Assembly: GCA_964394685.1 (NCBI GenBank)
Contig: CAYMYO010000002.1
Coordinates: forward strand, 98,148 to 162,147
DNA length: 64,000 nt
Source: an uncultured Gammaproteobacteria bacterium
Lineage (GTDB): Bacteria > Patescibacteriota > Microgenomatia > UBA10105 > UBA927
Direction: 5' to 3'
The translations under genes were made by a program, and so were the position numbers. The notes under the pieces were generated by a model, which had not been told where the DNA came from, did no database searches, and was given only the letters and a program-made list of their open reading frames with translations. Each line of letters starts with the position of its first letter. The first letter of the stretch is position 1. Positions 1 to 9,860 of this stretch are shown here, piece by piece.

Positions 1-1215
1 TTCTTCAAACGGTTCCTGGGTCATTCCATCAATTTCTTTGAGAATGACTTCCGGTTTTCCTACCTGCATTTCATATCCTTCACGTCGTAAATTCTCTAAA
101 AGGATTGCTAAATGGAGTTCCCCCCGACCTGCAACAACAAAACCGGTTCCCTGCGGATTAGGAGTGATGGTAATGCCAATATTGGTCTGTTTTTCTTTAA
201 GAAGTCTCGCGTGAATTTGTCGGGCGGTACAGAATTTTCCCTCTCTTCCTGCAAACGGACTGGTGTTAGCTGAAACAAGAATTTTGAGTGTCGGTTCTTC
301 CAGTGTAATAACCGGATATCCGGTCGGATCAGACGGATCTGTTATTGTCTGACCGATTGCAACATCGGTAATACCCGTTACTGCAATAATATCTCCGGTT
401 TGAGCTTCGTCTGTCTCGACGCGTTTAAGCCCAACGCTCGTAAATACCTGTTCTATCCGGTACTGTCCTATTTTTTTGTTTTCTTCTAATAGAAGTATTG
501 ATTGACGGGGTTTAATTGTTCCCTGCAATAATTTTCCGATAGCATACGTGCCTTTATAATCATCAAAATCCAAGGTTGATACCAACATTTTAGTAGGTTT
601 GTTGCTATCAGCTTTAGGAGCTGGTACTATTTTAAGAATTGCTTCAAAAAGAGGTGTTAAATCACCAGGAGCGTTCAAATCTTGCGGATATGGATCCCAC
701 ACTTTACCAGCCCGACCAACGGAATAGAGGACTGGATACGTTAGATCATCATCTTTGGTGGCAAGATGCAAAAATAATTCTTCGATTTCCCGAACAACCT
801 CTTCTACCCGTGCGTCTTTTCGATCTATTTTATTAATGACAACAATAATTTTTAGTTGCTGCTCCAGTGCCTTTGTAAGAACAAACTGTGTTTGCGGAAG
901 TGGGCCTTCGGCTGCATCAACCACAAGCACAGCTCCATCAGCCATATTTATGGTCCGTTCCACTTCTCCAGAGAAATCTGCGTGCCCCGGGGTGTCGATA
1001 ATGTTAATTTTTGTGCTTTTATACATGACAGAAGTGTTTTTAGCGAGTATTGTGATACCTTTTTCCCGCTCCAGAGGATTACTGTCCAAAATGGTGGTTT
1101 GGTTCATTTCAGCTTCATTTTCCCGAAACGTGTGAGTTTGTTTCAGCATGCCATCGACCAGGGTTGTTTTCCCGTGGTCAACGTGAGCGATGATTGCTAT
1201 ATTTCGGATGTCCAT
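1..1215 (-). CDS. typA: Translational GTPase TypA/BipA. The N-terminal ~405 aa are present; the 3' end runs off the window start.
   Basis: Reverse translation from ATG at complement 1213-1215 gives [24 protein letters not shown]...IIDTPGHADFSGEVER...VVINKIDR, the G1-G4 motifs of BipA. This ORF is not in the supplied track because it is edge-truncated. Confidence 0.85.
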   Translation of the reverse strand, partial: MDIRNIAIIAHVDHGKTTLVDGMLKQTHTFRENEAEMNQTTILDSNPLEREKGITILAKNTSVMYKSTKINIIDTPGHADFSGEVERTINMADGAVLVVDAAEGPLPQTQFVLTKALEQQLKIIVVINKIDRKDARVEEVVREIEELFLHLATKDDDLTYPVLYSVGRAGKVWDPYPQDLNAPGDLTPLFEAILKIVPAPKADSNKPTKMLVSTLDFDDYKGTYAIGKLLQGTIKPRQSILLLEENKKIGQYRIEQVFTSVGLKRVETDEAQTGDIIAVTGITDVAIGQTITDPSDPTGYPVITLEEPTLKILVSANTSPFAGREGKFCTARQIHARLLKEKQTNIGITITPNPQGTGFVVAGRGELHLAILLENLRREGYEMQVGKPEVILKEIDGMTQEPFEE

Positions 1216-1376
1216 AATAAAAATAACCCCCTTCTCCGCCAGTTGGCGGATTCGGAGGACAAACCTGCTTATTATTATACCATGTCTTTTTCATTTGTCA
1301 TGCTGAATTTATTTCAGCATCTCTTTGATATGATGTATTTATGCGTCACGTTACCTATCACTACTTTATCTACATC

Positions 1377-1646
1377 ATGACAAACAAACGACGTGGAACA
1401 TTATATATCGGAGTAACGAATAATTTAGGAAGACGGGTGTTTGAACACAAACATGCTCTTTTTGAAGGATTTACAAAAGACTACCATCTTCATACATTAG
1501 TATATTACGAAGAATTTACGGATGTAGAACTCGCAATCAAACGCGAAAAACAACTCAAACGGTGGCATCGTCAATGGAAGATAAATCTGATTGAATCAAC
1601 TAATCCAGATTGGAAAGATTTGTCTATCCAATATTTTGGATCCTGA
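1377..1646 (+). CDS. GIY-YIG nuclease family protein (UPF0213/YhbQ-like small endonuclease)
   Basis: MTNKRRGTLYIGVTNNLGRRVFEHK contains the GIY..YIG motif with Arg and Glu in a small ~90 aa protein. I prefer the internal ATG at 1377 over the track start at 1341. Confidence 0.7.
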   Translation: MTNKRRGTLYIGVTNNLGRRVFEHKHALFEGFTKDYHLHTLVYYEEFTDVELAIKREKQLKRWHRQWKINLIESTNPDWKDLSIQYFGS

Positions 1647-1712
1647 AACAAGTTCAGGATGACAAAAAGGCTTCTGTTGCAGTAAACCCAATTTCTTTCT
1701 ATACTGGTTAGT

Positions 1713-3848
1713 ATGCAACGAAAACGCCATTATCGGAAACGCGGACCATTCCATTTAAAATTAAAAAAACAAACAGTCTATACCGTTGCCGCTGTTTGGC
1801 TCTGGTTGTTTGCGGCCGCCATCTTTTTGTCTCTTTTTGGTGAAGGAACGGCACTATCACGGCTTCGGGATGCAATCTATACAAAAATCGGGTCACTTCT
1901 GTACCCACTGCCGGTGTATCTTATATCCGTCAGCTTCTTGTTTTTTAAAGTGAAATCAACATTGGGTAAACCCAATATACCACTCGGATTTACATTGCTT
2001 CTTTTTGCTCTTTTGGGACTTACGCAATCAGGAGCATTTGGAGAATTGCTTATGGCAACATCTGCCAATGCCATATCTATAGAAGGAGCATTTTTATTAT
2101 TTATTGGCATATTTATTATCGGTCTCATTGTTGTACTTAATACGTCACTTGATAGTTTTATGAATATCATCCTTATGGGACTACAACGCATATTTGAATG
2201 GGTGGGGGGACTGTTCAAAGAGATGGTGGCACCAAAAAGTAAATTCATTGGTGGAACAAAAGAAATGAAGATTAAAGGTGGAGAATTTTTAGATACAAAA
2301 CCCATGATCAAAGCAAATCCCGTAGTCCCAGTTCGTCCCGCGCCAGTGATACCAAAATCTGAATTTAAAATTACTTCCAATATGGTTCCTCAAGAGCAAA
2401 TGATATGGGAATATCCGCCGCTTACCCTTTTGTCGGATGGCCCAGGAGAACGGGCAGACCGGGGAGATGTGAAGAAAAATGCCGATATCATTAAAAGTAC
2501 ACTGGATAGTTTTGGCATTATGGCTAATGTTGTTGAGGTAAATAAAGGACCGGCAATAACAGAGTATGCGCTTGAAATTGCTCTTGGGACAAAAGTATCC
2601 AAAATTCAGTCATTATCCAGTGATTTAGCACTTGCTCTTTCAGCGCCCACTGGTGCGGTTCGTATTCAAACGCCAATTCCGGGAAGAAATCTTGTTGGTA
2701 TTGAAATACCAAATCGCGGACTTGAGTTTGTCACACTCAAACGCATGTTGGAATCGCAAGTTTTGGCGAAGGCAAAAAGTAAACTATGTGTAGCACTGGG
2801 CCTTGATGTGTCTGGAAACCCCGTGATGGTTGATATCGGGAAAATGCCGCACATGCTCATTGCCGGTACCACAGGGAGCGGGAAATCCGTTCTTGTGAAT
2901 GCTTTTATCACGTCACTTTTATTTCGAACCACTCCTCAAGAAGTGAAACTTATCCTTATTGATCCAAAACGTGTTGAGCTTACCGGATATAACGGCATTC
3001 CGCATTTGCTGGCTCCTGTTATTGTTGATGCCGATAAAGCATTAAGCGCGCTTCACTACGCGGTCAAAGAAATGGAAATACGCTATAAGCAGCTTGCGGA
3101 AGTCGGGGTAAAAAATATTGATGGATTTAATGAACTTGCCGGCATTCAAACCATGCCGTATATCGTTATCTTTATCGATGAACTTGCTACCCTTATGGCG
3201 TTTGCTCCCGTTGATGCTGAGGATACGATTTGCCGGATTGCTCAGATGTCCAGAGCTGTTGGAATTCATTTGGTGTTAGCGACACAGCGGCCGAGTGTTG
3301 ACGTTATTACGGGACTTATCAAAGCAAATATTCCATCTCGTGTCGCTTTTAATGTGTCATCCATGATTGATTCACGAGTGGTCATTGATATGCCGGGAGC
3401 TGAAAAACTACTTGGTCGTGGAGACATGTTATTTGTTCCTCCTGATCAAAGTAAACCGACGCGTATTCAAGGAACATTTGTATCAGAACAGGAAGTCAAC
3501 AAGGTAGTAGAGTTTCTAAAGTCAAAAAATACTCCTGTTCAATATACTGATGAAGTAGTCAATACTCCTGTGTCGGTTCTTCATAGAGGTGGTTCTATGG
3601 CAACGATGAGTGCGGACGGGAAAGATCAACTGTTTGACGAAGCCCTCAGACTTATTTGTCAGCATGATAAAGCTTCAGCGTCACTTTTACAACGCAGGCT
3701 GTCCGTCGGATATGCCAGGGCCGCTCGCATTCTTGATCAACTTGAATCAGAAGGAATAATAGGTCCTGGGGAAGGATCAAAACCACGAGACGTGCTTATA
3801 AAAAATCCTGATGATTATTACGCACAAATTCAACAACCTCAAGAATAA
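1713..3848 (+). CDS. ftsK: DNA translocase FtsK/SpoIIIE
   Basis: N-terminal TM helices, Walker A GTTGSGKSV, LVLATQRPSVDVITG, and a C-terminal gamma/winged-helix domain LLQRRLSVGYARAARILDQLE. Confidence 0.9.
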   Translation: MQRKRHYRKRGPFHLKLKKQTVYTVAAVWLWLFAAAIFLSLFGEGTALSRLRDAIYTKIGSLLYPLPVYLISVSFLFFKVKSTLGKPNIPLGFTLLLFALLGLTQSGAFGELLMATSANAISIEGAFLLFIGIFIIGLIVVLNTSLDSFMNIILMGLQRIFEWVGGLFKEMVAPKSKFIGGTKEMKIKGGEFLDTKPMIKANPVVPVRPAPVIPKSEFKITSNMVPQEQMIWEYPPLTLLSDGPGERADRGDVKKNADIIKSTLDSFGIMANVVEVNKGPAITEYALEIALGTKVSKIQSLSSDLALALSAPTGAVRIQTPIPGRNLVGIEIPNRGLEFVTLKRMLESQVLAKAKSKLCVALGLDVSGNPVMVDIGKMPHMLIAGTTGSGKSVLVNAFITSLLFRTTPQEVKLILIDPKRVELTGYNGIPHLLAPVIVDADKALSALHYAVKEMEIRYKQLAEVGVKNIDGFNELAGIQTMPYIVIFIDELATLMAFAPVDAEDTICRIAQMSRAVGIHLVLATQRPSVDVITGLIKANIPSRVAFNVSSMIDSRVVIDMPGAEKLLGRGDMLFVPPDQSKPTRIQGTFVSEQEVNKVVEFLKSKNTPVQYTDEVVNTPVSVLHRGGSMATMSADGKDQLFDEALRLICQHDKASASLLQRRLSVGYARAARILDQLESEGIIGPGEGSKPRDVLIKNPDDYYAQIQQPQE

Positions 3849-3854
3849 GCTCCT

Positions 3855-4490
3855 ATGAAAACAGTTGGCAGTATTCTCAAAGAAGCGCGACTAGCTAAAA
3901 ATCTTACCCTTATTGACGTAGAAAAAGTAACGAAAATCCGCGAGAAATTTTTAGACGCGATTGAACAGGATGCATATCAACTGCTTCCATCTCCAATTTA
4001 TGCAAAAGGATTTGTCAAAAATTATGGAGAGTATTTGGGGCTCGACAGCACCCGTGTGATGGCGTTTTTTCGAAGACAGACCGTTGATATAAAACGCTCA
4101 AGTTTACTTCCAAATAAATCAGAAGATATTGGGTCAAAAGGATTACGTATCACTCCCGGCAGGTTTATTGCTCTTATTGTCGGTGCGTTTATATTAGTAT
4201 TTTTAGTGTATTTTGGATTTCAATATCAAAAATTGTATATGCCGCCAACGCTTGCCATTACTACTCCCATACAAGAATCGATAGTAAAAGAAAAAAAATT
4301 AGATATTTTGGGGACAACCAATCCGGATGCAACAGTTATGGTCAATGGAGTAAGTGTGACTGTCCGTTCCGACGGACGGTTTTTTACACAGATAACGGTT
4401 GAACCCGGAGTCAACACGATAACCATTCTTGCAACATCTCGGTATGGAAAAACAACCATGATTACTCGAAAAGTGGGATTACAACAATAA
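3855..4490 (+). CDS. RodZ-like helix-turn-helix membrane protein
   Basis: An N-terminal XRE-type HTH (ILKEARLAKNLTLIDVEKVTKI) is followed by one TM helix and a C-terminal beta-rich domain, as in RodZ/DUF4115 proteins. Confidence 0.6.
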   Translation: MKTVGSILKEARLAKNLTLIDVEKVTKIREKFLDAIEQDAYQLLPSPIYAKGFVKNYGEYLGLDSTRVMAFFRRQTVDIKRSSLLPNKSEDIGSKGLRITPGRFIALIVGAFILVFLVYFGFQYQKLYMPPTLAITTPIQESIVKEKKLDILGTTNPDATVMVNGVSVTVRSDGRFFTQITVEPGVNTITILATSRYGKTTMITRKVGLQQ

Positions 4491-4519
4491 CTCATTGACA
4501 GATATCAGCTTTTGATTTA

Positions 4520-4807
4520 TTGTACTTATACGTTTACCTGCCTATGGATCCAGTACAGTTGACCATCATCATTATTAGCTTCATTTTAACGACCCTTGTT
4601 GTTATTTTATCCATTCAAGTTTGGCATATTTTAGGAGAATTTCGTTTAACAGCACAGAAAGTAAACAAAATGCTTGATGATGGCGGGAAAGTTACTGGGG
4701 TAATTAGCGATTCTGCTACGTCTGTAGCCGGATTTGTGAGCGGGATTAAAACGGGAATGAATGTGTTGTCTCTATTTAAGAAAAAGAAAGAGGAACCTCA
4801 TGAATGA
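4520..4807 (+). CDS. small membrane protein, hypothetical
   Basis: 95 aa with one N-terminal TM helix; it overlaps the next ORF by 8 nt. Confidence 0.35.
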   Translation: MYLYVYLPMDPVQLTIIIISFILTTLVVILSIQVWHILGEFRLTAQKVNKMLDDGGKVTGVISDSATSVAGFVSGIKTGMNVLSLFKKKKEEPHE

Positions 4808-5162
4808 AGAACGACATGATAATCGGTTTTGGTTTGGTTTTTTTATCGGCGGTCTCATTGGAGCAGGCATTATTGTTCTTTTGGGAACAAAAGAGGGGAA
4901 GAAAATTGAACAACTTCTTGAGAAAAAAGGAAAAGATGCACTTGATGATTTGGAAGAGAAAGTGAAAGACTTGAAAGAAAAAGGTGAAATTTTGAAAGAT
5001 GAAGTTGTGGAACAGGTTATTGAAAAAAAAGAAGAACTGACAGAATTAGCATCAGAGAAAGTTGATGAAACACTTTCACACATAGAATCTCTACAGCAAC
5101 AGGGTCTCCATAACACCCAAAAACTCCGCCGCGCCTTCAAGAATCTTCCGAAGAAGAAGTAA
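4800..5162 (+). CDS. YtxH-like membrane-anchored coiled-coil protein
   Basis: The N-terminal TM helix FWFGFFIGGLIGAGIIVLLG is followed by a charged coiled-coil segment rich in K/E. The ATG at 4800 is preceded by a GAGG Shine-Dalgarno. Confidence 0.45.
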   Translation: MNEERHDNRFWFGFFIGGLIGAGIIVLLGTKEGKKIEQLLEKKGKDALDDLEEKVKDLKEKGEILKDEVVEQVIEKKEELTELASEKVDETLSHIESLQQQGLHNTQKLRRAFKNLPKKK

Positions 5163-5174
5163 CGGTATCTCTTC

Positions 5175-5203
5175 TTGCAAAAATATCATCCTCGGTATAT
5201 TGT
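5175..5203 (+). promoter_or_regulatory. candidate sigma70-type promoter (TTGCAA-N17-TATTGT) upstream of the dehydrogenase gene
   Basis: Hexamers read directly at 5175-5180 and 5198-5203, followed by the GAGGAGG Shine-Dalgarno and the ATG at 5233. Confidence 0.3.
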
Positions 5204-5232
5204 ATGTGTAACTAATTGTTGAGGAGGTATTC

Positions 5233-6177
5233 ATGAGGAGCGCTATATTTTTGCAGAAAAAAGTATTTACAGACAGCCAACTTGTTAAATTAACTGCTCT
5301 TGGTGATATATCATTTACATCTACAGACGGAGAAATGACCATCGAAGAATGTAAAGAGCACGCAAAAAATGCAGACATATTAGGATTAGATCCCGATAAC
5401 TTTGGAGGTTTTGAAAAAGCTCGAGCGCGAACAACAGAGATAATGGAAACATGTCCACAGTTAAAAGGGATTGCCCTTGCAACGACGTCCTTCGGATGGG
5501 TAGATTTGGAGTACTGTAAAAAGCGGGGAATTTCTGTATCAAATGTCCCCGGATATTCGAGAGAATCTGTTGCAGAGCACACCATTGCACTTCTTTTGTG
5601 TATGGCAAAACGAGTGTTAATAACAGATCGCAAAACTCAAAAAGGGCAGTATGTGAAAGAAATGGGTTTTGAACTTGCTGGGAAAACACTGGGAATTATC
5701 GGCATTGGAAATATCGGTTCAAGAACGGCAGAAATTGCACAGGGGATTGGGATGAAAGTAATAGCATATAATCATTCTTCAAAAACTGTCCCAGGAGTAG
5801 AGATGAAGTCACTTGACGAAGTGTTGAGTGAATCTGATGCTCTTGCATTTCATACGACGCATACAGATGTAAATAAGGGATTTATTGGGAAAGAGCAAAT
5901 AGCAAAAATGAAACAGGGAGTGATTATCGTAAATACTGCAGATGAAGCCTTTATTGATGAAACCGCAATGGCAGAAGCATTAAAAAGCGGAAAAGTAGAT
6001 ATGTATACCAGCGAAGGAACGTTATTTGAAAATACACCGCTTGCCGGAATGGAGAGGGCAATAGGGCTTAAAGGATTTGGGTACTATACCCGCGAAGCAA
6101 TACGGAATCTCTTTGAAATATTTGCAGACGATCTCGTCGCAATATCTCAAGGGAAACCAATCCATGTCGTTGGTTAA
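5233..6177 (+). CDS. D-isomer-specific 2-hydroxyacid dehydrogenase family, NAD-binding
   Basis: Rossmann motif GKTLGIIGIGNIGSRTAEIAQGIGMKV and the catalytic-domain layout of the D-2-HDH family. Confidence 0.8.
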   Translation: MRSAIFLQKKVFTDSQLVKLTALGDISFTSTDGEMTIEECKEHAKNADILGLDPDNFGGFEKARARTTEIMETCPQLKGIALATTSFGWVDLEYCKKRGISVSNVPGYSRESVAEHTIALLLCMAKRVLITDRKTQKGQYVKEMGFELAGKTLGIIGIGNIGSRTAEIAQGIGMKVIAYNHSSKTVPGVEMKSLDEVLSESDALAFHTTHTDVNKGFIGKEQIAKMKQGVIIVNTADEAFIDETAMAEALKSGKVDMYTSEGTLFENTPLAGMERAIGLKGFGYYTREAIRNLFEIFADDLVAISQGKPIHVVG

Positions 6178-6491
6178 TTGATTTCTTTTTTCATCCACGC
6201 GAGATATTTTTTGGAGACATGAGTGAGAGGGATAGCTAGAATTCCAGGAGTATCGTATGAGTGAATTTTTGATACGGTTTTTTCTATTTCTTCCCATTTT
6301 TCATCAAAGGTTTTTGCAAAAAGTACAATTTCATTGGCGTCTTCGATATGTTTATGCCAGAAATACAAAGAATGAACAGGATTTGTGAGGATATTTACAC
6401 AGGCGACCAATCGTTTTTTGAGAAGCATTCTGCTTATATCTTCCGCTTCTTGTTTATCTTTACAATCAATGAAAACGAGAATTGGGTTCAT
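6174..6491 (-). CDS. cutA: divalent-cation tolerance protein CutA
   Basis: 105 aa with VACVNILTNPVHSLYFW and a ...YDTPGILAIP C-terminus typical of CutA1. Confidence 0.7.
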   Translation of the reverse strand: MNPILVFIDCKDKQEAEDISRMLLKKRLVACVNILTNPVHSLYFWHKHIEDANEIVLFAKTFDEKWEEIEKTVSKIHSYDTPGILAIPLTHVSKKYLAWMKKEIN

Positions 6492-6826
6492 AATATGATT
6501 TTATGTTGTTTTGGGTTAAACTTAGGTGAGGTTACCATAAAAATAGATAGATTTCCATTCCATGCAAACTGTTCGTGATGTTGTATATAAAGTGTGTCGC
6601 CAGAAATGATGGAATGTTTTTCTTTCGGTAATTCTATTTCTCCTGATCCACTAACAACATAAGCAATTTCATCCGAGATTTTATTCATTGCAAATCCCTG
6701 TTCCGGATACCTTCCTTTGATTTCGGCAATAGCTCCATTCATGAGTTTTATATCCATAGGATATTCATGAATGTTTGTAGTTAGAGAAGAATAATTAGTT
6801 GTTTCTGATTTTTTGACAAGTTTCAT
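6488..6826 (-). CDS. cupin domain protein
   Basis: 112 aa; the EIAYVVSGSGEIEL...GDTLYI pattern matches a cupin beta-barrel. It overlaps cutA by 4 nt, consistent with an operon. Confidence 0.5.
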   Translation of the reverse strand: MKLVKKSETTNYSSLTTNIHEYPMDIKLMNGAIAEIKGRYPEQGFAMNKISDEIAYVVSGSGEIELPKEKHSIISGDTLYIQHHEQFAWNGNLSIFMVTSPKFNPKQHKIIL

Positions 6827-6828
6827 AA

Positions 6829-7668
6829 TTATCGATAAAGAAAAAATATTCCTGCGATGCCAATAATAACACCGAGAATTTTTTGAAATAATTGTAAATT
6901 TTCTCCGAGTAGCAAAATTCCAAATATTACTGGAGTGACATAGGAGAGACTTTTATACATAGGTAGTGTTTGAGAGACGTTGGTTTGTTGAAGAACAATA
7001 AGAAATATTAGCCATGAGCCAACCGCGAGGAACGCATTCAACATAATAATTATCGGGTATTTGTGGAATATTGTTTTCATTTCCATCCATGTCGACCGTT
7101 TTCTTCCGAAAAGAAGAAAAATGAGAAACGAATTAATGAATGTATAAGTATACGGAGAAAAATCATCGAGAATAATTTTGTCTAAGTATCCCGCAATTCC
7201 GCTTGTTGTAGCCATAAGAAGCGCAAACCACATACCAGTGGTGACAGAAAATCGTTTCTTGTTATATGCAAGCAACATTCCGCTTCCCACAATAAGGAAT
7301 AATCCAAAATATCGAAGAGGTGTGTAGGATTCACGAAGAAAAAGGATTCCAAGAATAGCACTGATGACCACGCTTATTTTATGAATAATACTTACTACTG
7401 ATGCATCAGTGTTTTGGTATGCTTTGAAACTGAAAAATACACTTAACCCATATACTGTTATAGATATAAAAACAATAAGCCAATATGTTGGAGAAAGGGA
7501 AATATGCGGACGGATGAAAAGAAGAGGAAAAGCAATAACAGAAGCTGCAAGCATTTGAAGGGCAGTATAAGATGCGGCTGAGTATTTTACATCAGTGATT
7601 TTTTTATTAAGAAGATAGGTAAACCCTATTGCGATGCTAGCAAGTATCAGAAGAACTTGATGTGACAT
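6829..7668 (-). CDS. EamA/DMT-family transporter
   Basis: About 10 predicted TM helices in two EamA-like halves. Confidence 0.6.
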   Translation of the reverse strand: MSHQVLLILASIAIGFTYLLNKKITDVKYSAASYTALQMLAASVIAFPLLFIRPHISLSPTYWLIVFISITVYGLSVFFSFKAYQNTDASVVSIIHKISVVISAILGILFLRESYTPLRYFGLFLIVGSGMLLAYNKKRFSVTTGMWFALLMATTSGIAGYLDKIILDDFSPYTYTFINSFLIFLLFGRKRSTWMEMKTIFHKYPIIIMLNAFLAVGSWLIFLIVLQQTNVSQTLPMYKSLSYVTPVIFGILLLGENLQLFQKILGVIIGIAGIFFLYR

Positions 7669-7685
7669 AGTTCTATTATAAAGCT

Positions 7686-8867
7686 TTACCTATTATGTTT
7701 TTTCAAAAGAACAATTGTTGTTGGAACAGTTGTTATAAGAGTTAATACTCCAAGACTAAACATGACCCATCCGCTTCCAAATATTGAGAGAATTGGATTG
7801 AGTGCAAAGGTGAGAAGAAAATATATTAAACTTGTTGCCATACCGAGTGCAGATATTGCTGTTGCTCTATACTTTGATTCAAATTCCATATTGGTATATT
7901 GATCAAGAATTGTCCATCTAAAGATTGAAGCGATATAAATAAGAAAGATACTAACGGTGGTTGCAATTTTCGGGAGCATTGGAGCAAATAAGAAGCCAAG
8001 AAGTAAACAAATAGGAAAAAATAAATATGCAGTGGTTCTTGAAAAAAATTTATATTTTGCAATTGCTATTCCGACGATTGCGACAATGATACTATTTACT
8101 GCTGCAATCCATCCGCGTTCAATTGCATTAAATCCAACATCGGTTGTAAATACATTGAGGAGAAAATACAGGTAATACCACGTGATACCGCTTATCGAAA
8201 TGTAATAGAGAGAAAAATCACGAATATATGGGGTTTTAAAAAGTTCCCCAAATCCGAGTTTTGTTTGCTGTATATAATTTGTTATGGTAAATTTTTCAGA
8301 ATCAATATGCGGTTCGACCATAAACAAAGTAATAATTCCCGCGATGATCATCGCAATGCCAACGAGCGCATAGGGGAGGCGATAATAGTAAAGAAAAATA
8401 TATCCCCCAGCAAATGCTGCAATAGTAAGTCCAATCCGATAAATAAGTTGATTTTGATTAGCAAGTAAACTGAATTGCGATTCCTTTTTAAGTTCTTTGA
8501 GTGTGTCATAGAAGAGGGCGGTATCCGCTCCTGATACAAATGTACTTCCAATTTGGGCAAATACTGCCCCAATCCACAACCAAGAAACATTTTGTGATTG
8601 AGATATAAAAATATAACTTCCTCCCTCAATGAGAAGTCCAAGAAAAACGATATATTTTCTTCCAAGTAGGTCAGCGAGTGCTCCTGTTGGTAGTTCAAGA
8701 AAAACTGATACTAAATGTGTTACTGCGTAAATAATAGCAAGTGTTGTTGCCGGGGCAAACTTTCCTTCAAAGGCATACCAGATAGGAAGAAAAAAAAGAA
8801 GAGAAGTGAAAAATATTTTTATGCGAGCTAAACGAATATTTCTCTGAAGAAGTTGTTGATAATTCAT
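7686..8867 (-). CDS. MFS transporter
   Basis: About 12 TM helices with an MFS-like G-x-x-x-D-x-x-G-R-K/R loop (ADLLGRKY). Confidence 0.65.
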   Translation of the reverse strand: MNYQQLLQRNIRLARIKIFFTSLLFFLPIWYAFEGKFAPATTLAIIYAVTHLVSVFLELPTGALADLLGRKYIVFLGLLIEGGSYIFISQSQNVSWLWIGAVFAQIGSTFVSGADTALFYDTLKELKKESQFSLLANQNQLIYRIGLTIAAFAGGYIFLYYYRLPYALVGIAMIIAGIITLFMVEPHIDSEKFTITNYIQQTKLGFGELFKTPYIRDFSLYYISISGITWYYLYFLLNVFTTDVGFNAIERGWIAAVNSIIVAIVGIAIAKYKFFSRTTAYLFFPICLLLGFLFAPMLPKIATTVSIFLIYIASIFRWTILDQYTNMEFESKYRATAISALGMATSLIYFLLTFALNPILSIFGSGWVMFSLGVLTLITTVPTTIVLLKKHNR

Positions 8868-8870
8868 GAC

Positions 8871-9518
8871 CTATTTGTTTAATTCCTGCAAAATATCATC
8901 GCTTGTTACGACAAATCCATAATAATCATTAAAGAAGGCTAATGTGTGTTCATGAATAAATTGATTACCATCATATGTTTGTACTAAATCACTGAGGATA
9001 AATGAATTATATCCTTCGGACGCCGCTCGTTTGGCAGTTGCATCAACACATACTTCAGTTCGTACTCCGGAAATAAGAACATTTTGAATATTTCTTTTTT
9101 TGAGGAGTGTTTGTATATTGGTATATGCAAACGCATCATAATGAGGTTTATCAATGAGTATTGCTTCTTTTGGTATTGCACAATCATAAATTTCTTCTCC
9201 GCCAGACCCTTTCACACAAGGGAAGGTGAATCCTTCTTTTGTTACTGCGGTTATTAAATTTTTTGGAGTTATTCCATCTTTTGAAATAAATCTCGTGTAG
9301 ATTACTAATATCCCTTTATTGGCTAGTGTTTGAGCAAATCTCTCCACTTTTTTTGTAATTGAATACATTTTAGAAACTAATTTTCCTCTTTTTACGACAT
9401 ATCCATCAGGAGCGTAAAAATCTTTCTGCATGTCAATAACAATGAGCGCTGTATTTTGGGGAGTTATTGATGACCAATCAGAGAGATTGCCTTTCATATG
9501 TTTATAAATCCAATACAC
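8871..9518 (-). CDS. isochorismatase-family cysteine hydrolase
   Basis: ALIVIDMQKDF...VIYTRF...VLISGVRTEVCV carries the catalytic Asp/Lys/Cys layout of isochorismatase-like hydrolases. Confidence 0.7.
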   Translation of the reverse strand: MYWIYKHMKGNLSDWSSITPQNTALIVIDMQKDFYAPDGYVVKRGKLVSKMYSITKKVERFAQTLANKGILVIYTRFISKDGITPKNLITAVTKEGFTFPCVKGSGGEEIYDCAIPKEAILIDKPHYDAFAYTNIQTLLKKRNIQNVLISGVRTEVCVDATAKRAASEGYNSFILSDLVQTYDGNQFIHEHTLAFFNDYYGFVVTSDDILQELNK

Positions 9519-9572
9519 ATATTATACATGGTATAATCTGATCATGACCAAGTAGTGAAACTTCAGAAGATT

Positions 9573-9845
9573 ATGTTCTTTTATACGTATGTTCTTGAGA
9601 GCAAAATAAAGAAAAAGTTGTATATTGGATATACGGGTGATTTAGTTCGAAGAGTAAAAGAACATAATCTTGGACTGAATCAATCAACGAAACCTTATAA
9701 ACCGTGGAAACTTATTTATTATGAAGCGAGTCTCGATCAAGAAGATGCAAAACGCAGAGAAATGTATCTTAAAACAAGTCAAGGAGGGAGACTTCTCAAG
9801 CGCAGATTGAAAGAATATTTCTTTCAACACCTGCGTTTTGCCTGA
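9573..9845 (+). CDS. GIY-YIG nuclease family protein, a paralog of the 1377..1646 gene
   Basis: MFFYTYVLESKIKKKLYIGYTGDLVRRVKEHN. The track ORF starts at a GTG at 9555, but the ATG at 9573 fits the family N-terminus. Confidence 0.65.
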   Translation: MFFYTYVLESKIKKKLYIGYTGDLVRRVKEHNLGLNQSTKPYKPWKLIYYEASLDQEDAKRREMYLKTSQGGRLLKRRLKEYFFQHLRFA

Positions 9846-9860
9846 AGTTCTACTACGTGG

